From NCBI GenBank assembly GCA_051362555.1, contig CM120641.1, positions 29,022,401-29,086,400 on the forward strand: 64,000 bases of DNA, written 5' to 3'. Shown in pieces: positions 13,597 through 27,695 of the stretch (position 1 is the stretch's first letter; every line of letters begins with the position of its first letter). The DNA is from Lingula anatina (taxonomy: Eukaryota > Animalia > Brachiopoda). Under the pieces are notes generated by a model. That model worked only from the letters and a program-made list of their open reading frames with translations. It did not search any database and had not been told where the DNA came from. The position numbers and the translations under genes are program-made.

Positions 13597-15892
13597 AATT
13601 TATGTAGACATCAAAAGTCTTTTTTCTTATGTATTTACTGAATAGCATAGCCTCAATTGCGCTTGCTTTTTATTATTCTTGGAAAATGGGTGATTACTTC
13701 TAGAATTCCCAGAATATGTGGGTTGTTTGGTTCTCTTAATATGAGCTTAAATGTGTTTTTGTCAAGGGAAATAAGGAGATGCCATGCAGCTTTATGTATT
13801 ACATATTTAGGTTCTTCATCACAATCTGTGGCTTTAGCTCATTGCAATATCATAAGTGACACTTCTCCGTCATGTTGTCACTGTCATCTTTGCTTGCCAT
13901 CACCTTAGCCAACCTAATAACTGTCAAACCAAATGTTTGATTCACTTTAAATGTACTCAGTTTTATTTGGTAAAGACACAGGTGTAATTTAAAAACATTA
14001 AAATCAAATTATTTTAATTTTTATACATGGACAATGGTGTCTGAACATACCGCCATCACCTGTGTTTGTTCATATTGCAAGTTTTTTTTTTGTTTTGTTT
14101 TTTTTTTTTACAAAAGTTACAATAATAGTTTAAACAATAATGACCTATGCGATCAATCTGAACAAAGTAATTTTCCTACAAAATCCTGTGAACATTGAAA
14201 CTACAAAAACTGTTCAGAAAAATGTTCTAAGATAATCACCAAAGCACCTGACCTCTTGAAGTTGAGATAAGGACTCAGGTGTTTATGTGTTTCAATATGT
14301 TTCTTGGAAATTTCAGTAATTATCCTCAAACAGCACAATAAATATATATTTTGAATTTGAGGACAAGCTTTGAAACTTAGTGACCAATCATTTTTATGTA
14401 CTAGTACTAGAATTATTAATCCCAATTCAATGACCATACTTGCTTTTTTAGAGAAACATTCTTGGTATTGACGTCAATATTGTTGAAATTTTCATGATTT
14501 TTTCCATTTTTAATACAACCCTCTATCTCACCTAGATTCCAATTTAACACCTAACTGTCTGGTACCTTTTCGGATAAGTTAAATTTAATCCAACAGGTAG
14601 TATCCTTAGGTTATGCAAATTTTGTAGTACTGTCTGACACATACTGCTTGTGTGAAATTTATTCATTGCCATTTGTGACATGTTTTATATGGAATCATGT
14701 CTAGGCATTTATAAGTTAAATTGAAAGACATACTTCTAATAATACATTACATATGCACTTATGATAATACTTACACAAACCATAACTTTTTGTAAGTAAG
14801 CTTTGTATTGTAGGAGTAAAAGAAATAAAGGATGGATTCACTCAAGATCAGGAAGTTTCTTTTTCATTGACTTTTGTTTTTATCAAACTCCATGGGAGGC
14901 TAAAAAAAGGTTCTCTGCGTGGCTGAAAAAATTGGAATTTAAGTACAAAGCCAGACACCATAAATAAACTTGTTTGAATTTTGTTGAACAGTACACTTTT
15001 CCAGGTCCAATCCCTGTTTACTCAAACTTACACAGCTGCCTTGTCAAGTGAAAACTGGGGTACCCCCTTTAACAGCTTAGGCCTTTTGTACTCTTCCACA
15101 TGTTCATTTTTATCACTTTTTGCACCATTTGCTAGGTTGAGCAAGTAAAGGCAGGAACAAATTAATGCTACACATTGGAATAGCCAAACCAAGAATGATG
15201 ATGTGTCAAAACAGCAGGTTGAGTACAAAATTCACCAGCATTGGCTGGTTGGAGAAGAGCTCAATCTGTGCCTTATGATTAGTAGAAAGCTTTTCCCCTT
15301 AAATCTACTTAAATCTACTTAAATCTCAACATTATATATTGGGGACTTACAAAGCGAAGTGTACAAGGACAAGAAAAGATAAAATTTGCTACTGTAGGAT
15401 GTTTCCTTGACAGATAGCTTAGATATTTTCTATTTATACTTTCAAAAATAGATATAACATTTTTTTTTTTACTCCAAAACACTTTCCAGGTATAAATTTT
15501 TTTTGAAATATGATTTTTCAATTAGCGTTTACCATCAAAAATGTCTGTTGTCAAAGACATTCGAAATCCTTGTAGTCATGCGTCATGAATTACAATATTG
15601 CTGTAACTGAACAATTATATTACCACAGTTCATGTTTTACAATAATGTGTTCCTTTTTGTCAATGAATGTAAGTTTTTTTTTTTTTTGAGAAAATATATT
15701 ACAGTATGTGCTAATAGGCGACATGAGTTAAGGTCTATCACCATTTTTCTCATATGTTCTTTTTTAAATTGTTTGCGATAAAATGAAGAGTGGCCTTTTT
15801 ATTTTTTGACAACTTGGCTGTAGCTATTGCAACCATAAGTACGTGATTCCTCTCACACAAAGACCTCTCACGCAAAGACATATATTTTTCAA

Positions 15893-16096
15893 AACCACTT
15901 AAACACTCAGAGAAAGTACATCTCTGCCAAGGCAGTACAATTCTCATTCCTAGTTATTTAATAATCAACACCAAAATCTCATTGATTCTAAGTAAGTCCA
16001 TTCTTGACCTTTTCTGAAAAGTTTATCAAAATCCTTACTTAAATTTTTGAGTTACGCTGTACAGCGAAAACAATCTTTTTGGCAGAGGTTATTAAT
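15893..16096 (-). mobile_element. Short degenerate HINE-like element (family D)
   Basis: On -, it starts attaataACCTCTGCCAA and ends TTGGCAGAGAT followed by an imperfect hairpin (tactttctctgagtg) and gtggtt. This is the subTIR plus 3' palindrome layout of Helentron derivatives. Confidence 0.5.
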
Positions 16097-18240
16097 CATT
16101 TTTCAAGTTGATGGAATGACCTACAATTATAACTCTGAGGTGACCTAAGCAAGTTTGAAGTAAAATAATGTTTTGTTTTCCAGATATACCCATATTACAG
16201 TTGTAATACAGAAAAATACATCTGGTAAACCATATAATACATTTAGACTTTTAGATCTAATTTTTTTTTTCAAATTTATGCCTTCTAAGTGAATTTATAA
16301 AAAATTGAAGCTGTAGTCACCCAATCAGATGTGATTTTAGTACTCGCCCCTGTTTCACAAAGAAAAAGAAAAAAGAAAAGAAAGATAGTTTTAGGTGTCT
16401 TGGCTAAACAAACCCTAGCCCCTGTTTCATAAAATAATAATAATAATCAAAGATAACTTTTTTAACGGAAAATTTTGGCCCATTTTTACAATTTAGCCAT
16501 AGTGATTAAGAACAAGTTCAACAAATATTCAGAGAAAAAGCACAACTTCACCAAGGCATTCTGCTAAAATCTGTTAGAAGTGGGCTAGTAGGCTAAAATT
16601 TAGATCCTTTGGTTGGCTGTCTTAATTAGCAGCCGTTTGATGACTGGCAATCTTAACCTTCTTCATAAATACAATACCACTCAAATACAACTTTGTCATG
16701 GTTGCAAGAGCTACAGCTACTGTTGTCAAAAAAATAAACAGGTCGGACTTCACCTATTAATAATTTGCCAACAGTCCAGCTAACAGAGGGAGGGGGTGCT
16801 TTTATTTGTAATATTATATATTACACATGGATATTGGAAAATGCCTAAAGAAATTATGGAAATGAATTGATGTAACTTAACCCATGTATGTAACTGCAAT
16901 TGCAACAACCATAAATCAGTTTAAATCAAATATAGGAATATAGAAAATATAGATTTTCAAATGATGCTGCCAGGCAGAAAAAAAAAACAGGAGTACAAAA
17001 AATTCCTGGATATAAATGGCATAAATGATTTTATATATAATGATTTCTTATGACTTCTGCTACTAAAATTTTCCAAAGATAACATTTACTGATGGTACTT
17101 ATTAATGCAATACCAGTGTAGATGCTGTTTTGGATTATAGTGCAGGGGCATACACATGTGCAATGTTTCACTGAAAATTATAGTGGACCTTTGCACAGGT
17201 GATGGAGAAATGATCTTAGTACCTATAGAGCACAATCACATTAAGATGTCACTTCATTTGACATACATGAAGTCTGATAGAACTGTTCTCCTGCAACACC
17301 TGCATATATAATGCAATACCCCTATTTGCTTTTAATTGAATTCTATTGTATCACAAAGTATGTTAAATCTGAAATTTGACATTTTAATGAAATTATGTAC
17401 TTTTTGTGAAAAGAAGGCCTGCATGGTTGTCACATTTAAACGTTCTAAAGCTTTGCTGGTCTTTTATAGATTTGCAATGTTTTGTAGATAAGCAGACCAC
17501 AAAGTTAAATAAGGATGATGCCGCTGCTGCCGCTGCTGATGTTTTTATAATTAGTGAATTTGATTAGCCGATACAAAGTTCAGGTTGAGTTGTGCTATTT
17601 TCTGTACATTTCCAATAAATCACTTCTCTCTGCCTACATAGCAATCTGTTCCCTTGTACCAAGACTGCAATCAGTTTCCACAAGCCAGCACTATGAATGA
17701 TTAGACTGGTTCAAAGAAACGATTATCCTGTCAGATCAATATTGCTCAAAAATGGCGCATTTATTCACGTACATGTATGCAGCCCAATGTCGGGCACATA
17801 TGCCATATTAAGCAGGGCATCGATTAATTGATTAACTGTTGTGTGCTTTCACAAAGAAGTCACTTTCAACTTATGCATAATTGATACCAGCAAGTGAGTT
17901 GGGACTGAGGGAGAAAGGTGGGGGCAGTGCGATGAAGCAATAAGCCATTTGCAGTGGAAGTATATGTGGTTTGGAGCCATATAACCCAATTTAAAGTGAT
18001 TGCTTATACAAGCACTATGCAGCACTGCCTCTGTGGTGCTCTCTGTTCTAGCCGTCTCCTTGCGAACACTGAGGATCTCCTTAATGTTGGATGACTGAGA
18101 TTATGACAAGTCGGCAGCTGATTTGACATCACAGCAACAGCAGCGATAGCTCTTCTGTATGTGTGGATTAGCCTTTCAGCTTGCCATCAGCACGGGTTGT
18201 CATTTACCATTGTGCTCTGTTGCCATGGAAGATTCACCCC

Positions 18241-19630
18241 TTTTTATGTACAGACACAGAAGTGTCTGTACATATTGCCATCACCTGCGTCTGTCGTCGC
18301 CGATGCCGTCGCCGATGCCGATGCCGATGCCGGCGCCGTGCACTTTCCTTGTTAACACGATAAGTGGAGGGCAGTTTTACTTTTTGGCTTTATATTTACA
18401 GAGCTGATGAATATTCATAAAACACAGGTCAAGTTCGAAAATCAGCATGATCGGGCCATTATTGTAGAAGTTATGCTGTTTTTTCACTTTTCAGCATATA
18501 TGCAACCCTGTTAACACATTTTAAGGAAAACCGATAGGCCTGTTGTCATTAAACCCACAGGAGTAATCAATCTTACTAAAACGCAGGTCAAGTTCGAAAA
18601 TCGGCATGATCGGGCCACTATTTCAGTAGTTATGCTGTTTTTTCACTTTTTAGCATATATGCAACATTATTAACACATTTCAAGGAAAACCGATAGGCCT
18701 GTTGTCATGAAACTCACATTAGTAATCAATCTTACTAAAACGCAGGTCAAGTTCAAAAATCAGCATAATGGGGCCATTATTTTATAAGTTATGCTGTTTT
18801 TTCACATTTCCTCAGATTCAATTCTTTGGCATGTTAACAGTCTCATTATTTAACTTATAAGATATGTAAATGTGTGTGTTTGACATTTCCTGCAACTTTA
18901 CAACATTGTTAGTTGATTATGTAAAAATGATGGTAAACTTGTTATCATGTATTGTATAATAGAGTTTCAAAAATGGAAAAAAAACTCATATCATTGCAGT
19001 TTGTCAGATTAATTCATTCACTATGTTCAGAAACTCGGAATGGAGGAAATTGGACATTAAACACTGTTCTATTGATATTTTTCCCATGTCATCAATTTTC
19101 TTAGTTGATCATATAAAAATGGCAGTAAACTGTTAATTTTGTTATATGTTAAACAATTGTTAAAAATGGAAAAAAACACATTTCAGGACAGTGCTGTCTT
19201 GTTTACATTTTGGCATTTTCAAGGTGTGACTTTGAAGTTACATGGGCCTGAAGACCTTTGCTTGTCACATTTTCTGAATATCCATGATACTAATATTTTA
19301 TTATTAAAAATTGATGGTCATTATGCTGTTAAACATTATGTAATATTGCATCAAAATTTGAAGAAATCCCTATTTTGGACACTGCTCCCATGATGACCAT
19401 TTAAGGAAAACCATGTCACTTACTGTTCTCAAACTTATAGGAAAGAAACATGGGACTAAGATACAGTTTAATTAGGCAATGCAGTCTGTCTGGTAATTCT
19501 TTCTGGCAGTTAATCGTTTTTTGTGAAAATTTAATTTTTCACATATTGGCATTTTCAAGGTGTGACTTAGAACCTCCACGGGCTTGAAGACCCATGCTAG
19601 TCACATTTTCTGAAAATCCACGATACATAT
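18241..19630 (+). mobile_element. HINE family A, copy 2a (3'-truncated), in the MARCH intron
   Basis: tttttatgtacagacacagaagtgtctgtacata head, (GCCGAT)n microsatellite, and about 158-bp tandem units starting near 18425, 18584 and 18743. Confidence 0.9.
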
Positions 19631-21404
19631 ATTTTTTTTTGTACATATTGCCATCACCTGCATCTGTCGTCGCCGTCCATGTTGCCGTCGCCGTGCACTT
19701 TTATCATTAACACCATAAGTGGAAGACAGTTTTACTTTTTGGCTTTATATTTACAGAGCTGATGAATATTCATAAAACGCAGGTCAAGTTCGAAAATCAA
19801 CATGATCGAGGCATTATTGTAGAAGTTATGCTGTTTTTTTTTTTCACTTTTCAGCATATATGCAACACTGTTAACACAATATAAGAAAAACATATAGGCC
19901 AGTTGTCATGAAACTCACAGGAGTGGTTAATCTTACTAAAATGCAGGTCAAGTTCGAAAATCGGCATGATCGGGCCACTATTTTAGTAGTTATGCTGTTT
20001 TTTTTCACTTTTCAGCATATATACAACACTGTTAACACAATATAAGAAAAACAGATAGGCCAATTGTCATGAAACTCACAGGAGTGGTTAATCTTACTAA
20101 AACTCAGGTTGAGTTTGAAAATCAGCATAATCGGGCCATTATTTTAGAAGTTATGCTGTTTTTTCACATTTCCTCAGATTCAATTCTTAGGCATGTTAAC
20201 AGTTTCATTATTTAATTAATAAGATATGTAAAAGTGTTTGTTTGACATTTCCTGCATCTTTACAACATTGTTGGTTGATTTTGTAAAAATGATGGTAAAC
20301 TTGTTATCGTGTATTGTGTAATAAAGTTTCAAAAATGGAAATAAACTCATATCATTGCAGTTTGTCAGATTCAATCATTCACTATGTTCAGAATCTCAGA
20401 ATGGAAGAAATTGGACATTAAACACTGCTCTATTGATTTTTTTCCCATCTCATCAATTTTTTTAGTTGATCATATATAAATGGCAGTAAACTGTTAATTT
20501 TGTTTTATGTTAAAAATTGTTAAAAATGTGGAAAAAAACATTTCAGAACAGTGCTGTCTTGTTTACATTTTGGCATTTTCAAGTTGTGACTTTGAAGTTC
20601 CATGGGCCAGAAGACCTTTGCTAGTCACATTTTCTGAATATCCATGATACTAATATTTTATTAGAAATTGATGGTCATTATGCTGTTAAACATTATGTAA
20701 TATTGCATCAAAATTAGAAAAAAAAACTATTTTTGGGCACTGCTACTATGATGACCATTTAAGAAAAACCATGTCACTTACTGTTCTCAAACTTACAGGA
20801 AAGAAACATGGGACTAAAATATAGCTTCAGTAGGCAATGCAATCTGCCAGTTAAACATTTTTTTGTGAAAATTTAATTTTTCACATATTGGCATTTTCAA
20901 TGTGTGACTTTGAAGTTCCACAGGCTTGAAGACCCATGATAGTCACATTTTCTGAAAATCCATGATAGGTATATTTTCTTATTAAAAATTGATTGTCATT
21001 ATGCTGTAAACCATTATGTAATATTGCATCAGAATAGAAGAAAACACAATTTTGGGTGCTGCTGCCATGATGACCATTATGAGAAAACCATGTTACTTAT
21101 GATTGCAAAACTTTCAAAAAAGAAATACAGGACTAAAATGCAGCCTGACGTTGGAAAAGCAGTCTAATTGACTTCTTTTTCTGGAAGTTTTACATTTTCA
21201 AAGTGTGAACTTGAACTTCCATGGGCCTGAAGCCTTATGCTTGGTACACATTTTACTTACATTGGTATTACCTGTTGAGCATAATTAAAATTTGATGTTG
21301 AATTTGCAGTTTAACATAATGTACTTTTGTATCAGAATTGACAGTAGCCTATTTTGTTATTTCCTGCTTTTTGTCTGTACATTTGACAGCTTTGCTGCCT
21401 TGTT
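19631..21404 (+). mobile_element. HINE family A, copy 2b (lacks the left half of the head palindrome, intact 3' end)
   Basis: Starts tgtacatattgccatcacctg. Ends with subTIR tgtctgtacat, hairpin gacagc-ttt-gctgcc and ttgtt. Confidence 0.9.
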
Positions 21405-21660
21405 ACATCTACCTGACTCCTTTCATCACAACATGACATACAATGACAATGACTACAATCCGGTGTAATGACATTTAGCATTTGAAGGCAGTGCTGTCAT
21501 GTATACTCATAGTGATTTACCTACATCCTTTGGTGAGGTGGCTGGCAACTAGGCTCCAGTCACTGAAGGATTAATTGGATCTGATTCAATATATTTATAC
21601 GCACATATAAGATCATTATTATTGGATTAATATGGGATTTAGCAGATACACTATCATGGG

Positions 21661-21798
21661 ATGACAGAATCGGATTTGTTGAGATTTCAAGCTAGAGATT
21701 GCAGTTTTGAGGATGTAACTGCTGCAGATTATAGTGATAGTCAGCAGCAGCAACAACGCAATGAGTGTTCATACTTGCTAGAAGACCATATTCCTCTG
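21661..21798 (+). CDS. Candidate alternative first coding exon of the MARCH gene (MTESDLLRFQARDCSFEDVTAADYSDSQQQQQRNECSYLLEDHIPL)
   Basis: 46 open codons with protein-like acidic composition, ending at CTG|gtatgc in phase 0, compatible with the acceptor at 25112. I recognise no homology. Confidence 0.4.
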
Positions 21799-23523
21799 GT
21801 ATGCAGTTTTTACGTATCAATTTATATATATGTATATATACATACATACATACATGTACAAACTTGCATAATTTAGGGGGCATGTGGTTGATTATGTAGT
21901 GTAATGTATGTCAAAGTTGCTCACCTGAAAGCAAGCACAGAAGTAGATGTTAAAGTTCCAATGGATACTTAGTACTCGTCTAGCATGTGCAAACATAACA
22001 AAGCTTGGGAATTCTGAATGTTATTTGTGGCTATGTACAAATTTTCCATAAATTGTGTGAATAAGTGCTATAAACAGTTGTTAAAACTGGGGTCTAACTA
22101 TCCATCTGCCTACATGTATATATGTCTGATCGCCAAATTGTTTTTGTCATAATTTGTATATAGTTAATTCAGCAAAGGCAATCATGATTCCATTATAAAT
22201 ATCTCAGAATGACATTTGCAAATAACTTGGGGAGTCTTATGCTATATTGGAGAATCTGTTTTCAATTAGGCTAAAAAGAGGGAAATTTGATATATGCCTT
22301 GGTGGGCACAAATGCATACGCAATGTAGTATGCCTTCTACAAGCTTTCAAGGTATGCTTGTCACATAAAATCCTTGGAATAGAGTTAGCACAGGAAGTGC
22401 TGCAGAAATTGAGATTCCCTTAGTGTTTTATAGATATTAGAGCACTTGTCACTACCACAGCAGAAGATGAATCATTCTCTCACATACACAAAACTAAAGT
22501 CATCAATGAAATTATCAGTGTGAAGATAAATTATTAATACAAGGATATTTCATAGAATAAGAATGTAATAAGCAGACTAGTTGTGTGCTATATATTTTTT
22601 GGCACATGACGAATTGGGCAATCAATAAATTAGAAAGAATGAAGACCTGGCATCTCTGACCTAGAGCAAGGCATAGGAAATGCATACTAATACTGAAGTG
22701 GCCTTTCTTAGACGAAGTGTGCAGAAAGGAAAAAAAATGTGTGCACCATCTTAACCTCAGTAACCTGAACTTAAGGGGATAACAACTGTTCATTTTAACC
22801 AAAAAATGGATTAGAACAGATTATCTTGGATTTTATGTTGGCTTGAAGAATAAATTAGATGGTTTGAACAGTATTAAGAAGTTGTTGGTGCAAATGAACG
22901 TCCTAATGTAAAAAAAAAAAAAAGAAAAGAAAGAAATTCCCATTAAAGGAACACCATTAGTGGAGTAGGATCAAGATTGTTTGAGTAAACAAACAACTTA
23001 ATTAAACCAAACCAAAAGGCTTCGTGTTAACTAAGCATTTGATTCCTAATCACTCTCTTCTTGTCAGACTTTGTAACAGACAGTATGGTATTGCAAAGTA
23101 TCATGCTTACTACTACTGCACTGCACAATGTATTTTTCATTTCTACCATCACTTGACCTCATTGATGTCAGATTCAGCTGATATTTAGGCTGTGCTCAGA
23201 TGGTTTTAACCAAAAATTATTAGTGCTTATTTCATTTAGGAGACACCCACAACTTGCCCACCCTACTACCTCAACCTCAGGGCTATAGAATCCCTCTTTT
23301 TCTGTGAAAGGGTTAGCAATATCTCTTCTATGGCTTTTACTCATTTACTTCACCAAAAAAAAAAAAAAAATGAATCAATAATTTCCCTCATAAGTGTTTG
23401 ATACTGATTCCCATTAGTATAATGATGTCTGTTTCATTGAAGTGAATTTGTAGATAGAGTTGGATAGATTCTCTGAAAGTAGGATCAGTCTAGTGGAACT
23501 GAATAGCAGTTTGCTAGTTATCA

Positions 23524-23525
23524 TT

Positions 23526-23568
<43 letters not shown>

Positions 23569-23639
23569 TTATTATTATTTTTTTTTAGGTAGTAAAGGAT
23601 TTGAAACAAAATTGGACATTCTTTAGCTTGAATGTTTGA

Positions 23640-23695
<56 letters not shown>
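23524..23695. repeat. (ATTT)n and (ATT)n microsatellites
   Basis: Directly visible at about 23524-23580 and 23641-23695. Confidence 0.9.
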
Positions 23696-23696
<1 letters not shown>

Positions 23697-25111
23697 ATGT
23701 TCTTCAAAATTTTAATTTTGAAATTTTCAAAATTTTAATTTTGAAATTAAAATTTTACATTGATTTGCCAGAGGACATGTCACCTACACATGTGAAATAT
23801 TGATACCTTGGCCATGGAACATAGTAGCCAGAAGCTGATAAAATAAGGAGGACTTCATCAAAAAAATGTATAAAACTGATAAATTCATACCTAAAGTCAT
23901 TTAAATAAAGCAAACATTTATATGCTAGCATGCCCATAGCACACATTATGTAATGCTGAAACACCAGTCGTAGGGCCTACTTTTATTTCAAGTCAAAACT
24001 TTTTGTACACAACTTGTTTATTTTACAATCACTGAAAGTTGCACAGTGAGCTTTAGACTTAAAGGAAAATGGTTCTTTACCTTTACCCCTTAATCACTAA
24101 AGTCTAGCAAAGCCAAAATTGATGGCAAAATTACAATTCAAAAACCATTTTTTTAGTTCATAGTTTGAAGTCTTGAAGCCAACCAGTAATGGAGACAAAG
24201 GCCGGTGAATTTTTTTCAATGGAAATGGTAAAATTTAGAAAATAACATGTGAACAACAGTTTTATTGATCATTATTTTCACAACAAATTTTGATATTATG
24301 TACTTTGGGAAGGAGAGGGAGGAGGGCTAAAATTTCCAGGAAAAAAATTGTTTTGCTGTTGCCTTTAACCCACAAAATACCTTGTGTACTTGTTTATTTG
24401 ATTATCATTATGGCAGTTGAGTCTAAAGGTTCTACTTTAGATACCAGATGTTTTTATAAGACCACTTTGATGAGAATAACTTGGTATAGAAAGCCAGATG
24501 ATCTGGCTGTGTAGTGAATTTATGAGACTCGAAGATAAGGCGTTGGCCTGTTTTCAGTTTTAAAATCATATTCGTCTGTACCAAGGATGTAATAAAATTG
24601 TCAGGACTGATCTCTCACTCCCCTTCATTTTCTCCCGATTAAACGTGAACTGTATCTGCATAGCAGGTGATTTCTGATTCTGATTAATGGCTCTTTCCTC
24701 TTAAGGTTTTACTTCAAGCAATGCTGACTGCACGATCTGCTTTCTGTGGCATACACAGGTTTGTTATCCTGAGGGTCCTTCACTAATATAAGTGAAATAA
24801 TGATCATTTCCTAGTCACTGTGCCTGTTAGAAAGTAACTGCCATTTTCTTTTGATATTTAATGAGGACCTCAGAGAGGTATATTTTTTACATTGCACAAG
24901 AGTTTATTGTACCTGTGATATGTCAGCCTCATTTTATGTAATTACTTGTTTTCCAGGTATGCCTCTAAATGTACCATTTACGCTTTTCTATGTCAGCACC
25001 ATGCTGCGCTGCATAGCTTAGCAAGCCCTCTAGAATGAGGAATGAGAAAAGGAAAATACAGTCATTGCTTCAATTTTGTAATTAACATAAGATGTATTTT
25101 GATATTTCTAG

Positions 25112-25381
25112 GAATCCATCCATCAGAACTCTGCCTCTCCCCCACTGACAGAGTGCCTTTCTCGTCCCTCCACTGCAGGATCGCTGTCAGAGATATGTCG
25201 TATATGTCACTGCGAGAGCGAGGTGGACAACCCCCTCATATCGCCATGTGTTTGCTCGGGGAGCCTGCGCTACGTGCACCAGGACTGCCTGCAACAGTGG
25301 ATCAAAAGTGCCGATACAAAGTCATGTGAGCTCTGTAGATTTGAGTTTCGTATGACAACAAAGACAAAGCCTTTCAGAAAA
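25112..25381 (+). CDS. MARCHF8: MARCH1/8-like E3 ligase, RING-CH (C4HC3) exon
   Basis: Acceptor ttctag| and donor AAA|gtaagt, 90 codons. Translates to ...[52 protein letters not shown]..., a canonical RINGv domain. Confidence 0.97.
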
Positions 25382-27695
25382 GTAAGTGATGTTTTTGAAG
25401 TTGAAGGAGGAGTGTATTTACGCCAAATGTAAGATTATGAGGGATTCATAATGCATACCTCTGCCATTTCTTTTATCTATCTCCTGTAATATTTGGTTAA
25501 GGTCTTTAGTGGTATTGCTGAGTTGGGAAAGATGGATGCCAGTGGGTGCTGGATTAAAAAAAATGTTGATCTTCAAACTTTGCTAAAAAATTATGTTTTA
25601 CATTAGCATTCCATAATATATCTGGCTGTGTTCTCTTCTCCTACAGTTTGCAATCACTTTTAATGAATTCTTATACGAAGGGCCATTCACAATGAGTTGG
25701 AGTAAATACATTTGTGTTAAAAATTTGTACCCTTTACAGAATATTATTGTAGCCTTTCTTTAGATTTACTGGTATCTCTCAATCTCCTCATATTCATATC
25801 AATCACTACTTTCCATTTCGTGTATGTGATCACAACTGCCATTTCACAACTCAGTGTAATGGTAATTTCAACATTTTGCTGGCTTTTCTGTAATAGGCTG
25901 CAGCTGACAGATAATGATTATCAGGATTTTGAATGTCACTTCTTTATCAAATGAATGTTTTGTACTAGGTTTACATATATTTGTTATTGTGTGAAAGTAA
26001 GCCGTGCTAGGATATTTCATTACCATTTATTGTGTGAGTGGGGATTAGGTTTAATAGAAGTAGGAGTGTGGTATGAAGAGGAATATTTGAAATGTGTGTA
26101 TCCTCTGATTGACTGAACAAATTAGTTATGGTACATTAAGTTTAAGGCGACAACTAGGCAGCTCTCCCTCTGAATTGATAAGTAACTGATTAAAAGTGAC
26201 ATTTGCCTGAAATAATGCCTTTGTTTTAAATGAGCTGAGATGGATTGTGATTCTTTTAGTTCTTAATAAACAAATTGCAGGAATTTGGTTTTTCTTAAGA
26301 CCCCATCATTTCTCAGAAAAACTGGAATAACCAGAACTTGACTGGTGAAAAAAAACTCATTACATTGGGTTTTCTACAACTATATTCAGTCTACATTGTG
26401 CAGCCATTCTTTATGTAGAGGCACAGTAACTGTCTCTTACCCCGTTCACACTACAGTTATTTATACAAATAAATAGTGAATTAGGTCCCGTTTTGAATAA
26501 TTGTAGTAGTCTGGACCAGTTTCTCAAAATCCTGTTAGCGGTGATTACTTTTTAGGATTTTTCAGATGGCAGTATGAACAGGGTATATAGTATTCCTGGG
26601 TCTAAGTCATCACTGTCACTTTCCAATCTTTCCGTCTAGTCACATTTTTGTTTTCCTTCAGATTTATATACAGTTATGTTTGGTAAAAATTCAGATTAAT
26701 TAATTTTTTTTTTTTTTTTTTCGCTTAGCAGTTGTATAGAAAAAATGAGGATTTTCATGAGAAATTGTTATTTTTCCCTAAACAGCAGAGTAAAATGCAT
26801 TTAGATCTGTGTTCGGGGACAACTCTAAGTATCCAAAAAATTTGGTATACTGAACCTAATGTGTTTACCCTGGTTCAGTAGGTGTTTACTGACCAATCAG
26901 TGAAATAACCATAAATGGTGTTCACTTGAATATTGCAATTTTTCCTGAAATATTTTTCATAATTGTAATCATTTCTGACCAAAAGATCCCTGTATTTACA
27001 CTTTTTGTGTCTTCATATATGTCAGCTTTTCTGGCTAGATATAAATTACATTTAAAAGATAGGATATCAGATGCCATGGTGTGTTATGTTGCTGATATAC
27101 ACAATCCAATTAAATATGCTGTATGTTAATATGCCTTTCACTTTGCATCACAGATGCATGAATGAAAGTTTTCAGAATTATGCCTGATTTTCAGTCTTCA
27201 TTTTGCCCTTTTTTTCATATGGTCTGAGTGCGATGAGAAATTGCAAGCTATGCTTTCAGGATTTTCAGTTTTTACACTTATCACCCATGCAAATCACATT
27301 ATGGTTTAGTTCATTCCTAGAGCTTTAGATTGTTTCCTTCTTTCTGTATTTCTTTCCTTCTTTTCTGTGTTTTTTCTTTAATTACAGTATATGGGAGCAA
27401 GTCGTTGATGAGTCATGTATGAAGCTAATGTTAAATATATTGATTTTCTCATGTGGCATTCATATCACACTGGTTACTGTTGCCATAGTTTAAGAGGAAG
27501 CTGTACCTTCTACTGAAAAAAAATCACAAATTAACTTTACCATTTGCGATAAAGATACAATTAACAAAGCCGCAGTATGAATTTGTTTCTTTAAAGCACA
27601 CTCTTGAATCTTGAAGTACCAAAAGAGTTGAGAAAAAATGTACCAAATGATTTTTTGCGTTATTATTAAAGATGTAAAATTATCTTTTGTTTTAG

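Noticed and set aside
18425-18790. Regularly spaced direct repeats resembling a CRISPR array
   Set aside because: The intervening sequences are themselves repeated (true tandem units), the context is eukaryotic and there are no cas genes.
23703-23756. 23-bp tandem duplication ttcaaaattttaattttgaaatt
   Set aside because: Simple AT-rich slippage duplication with no evidence of function.
25042-25329. 95-aa ORF overlapping the RING exon
   Set aside because: Alternative frame of the real exon, starting in intron sequence.
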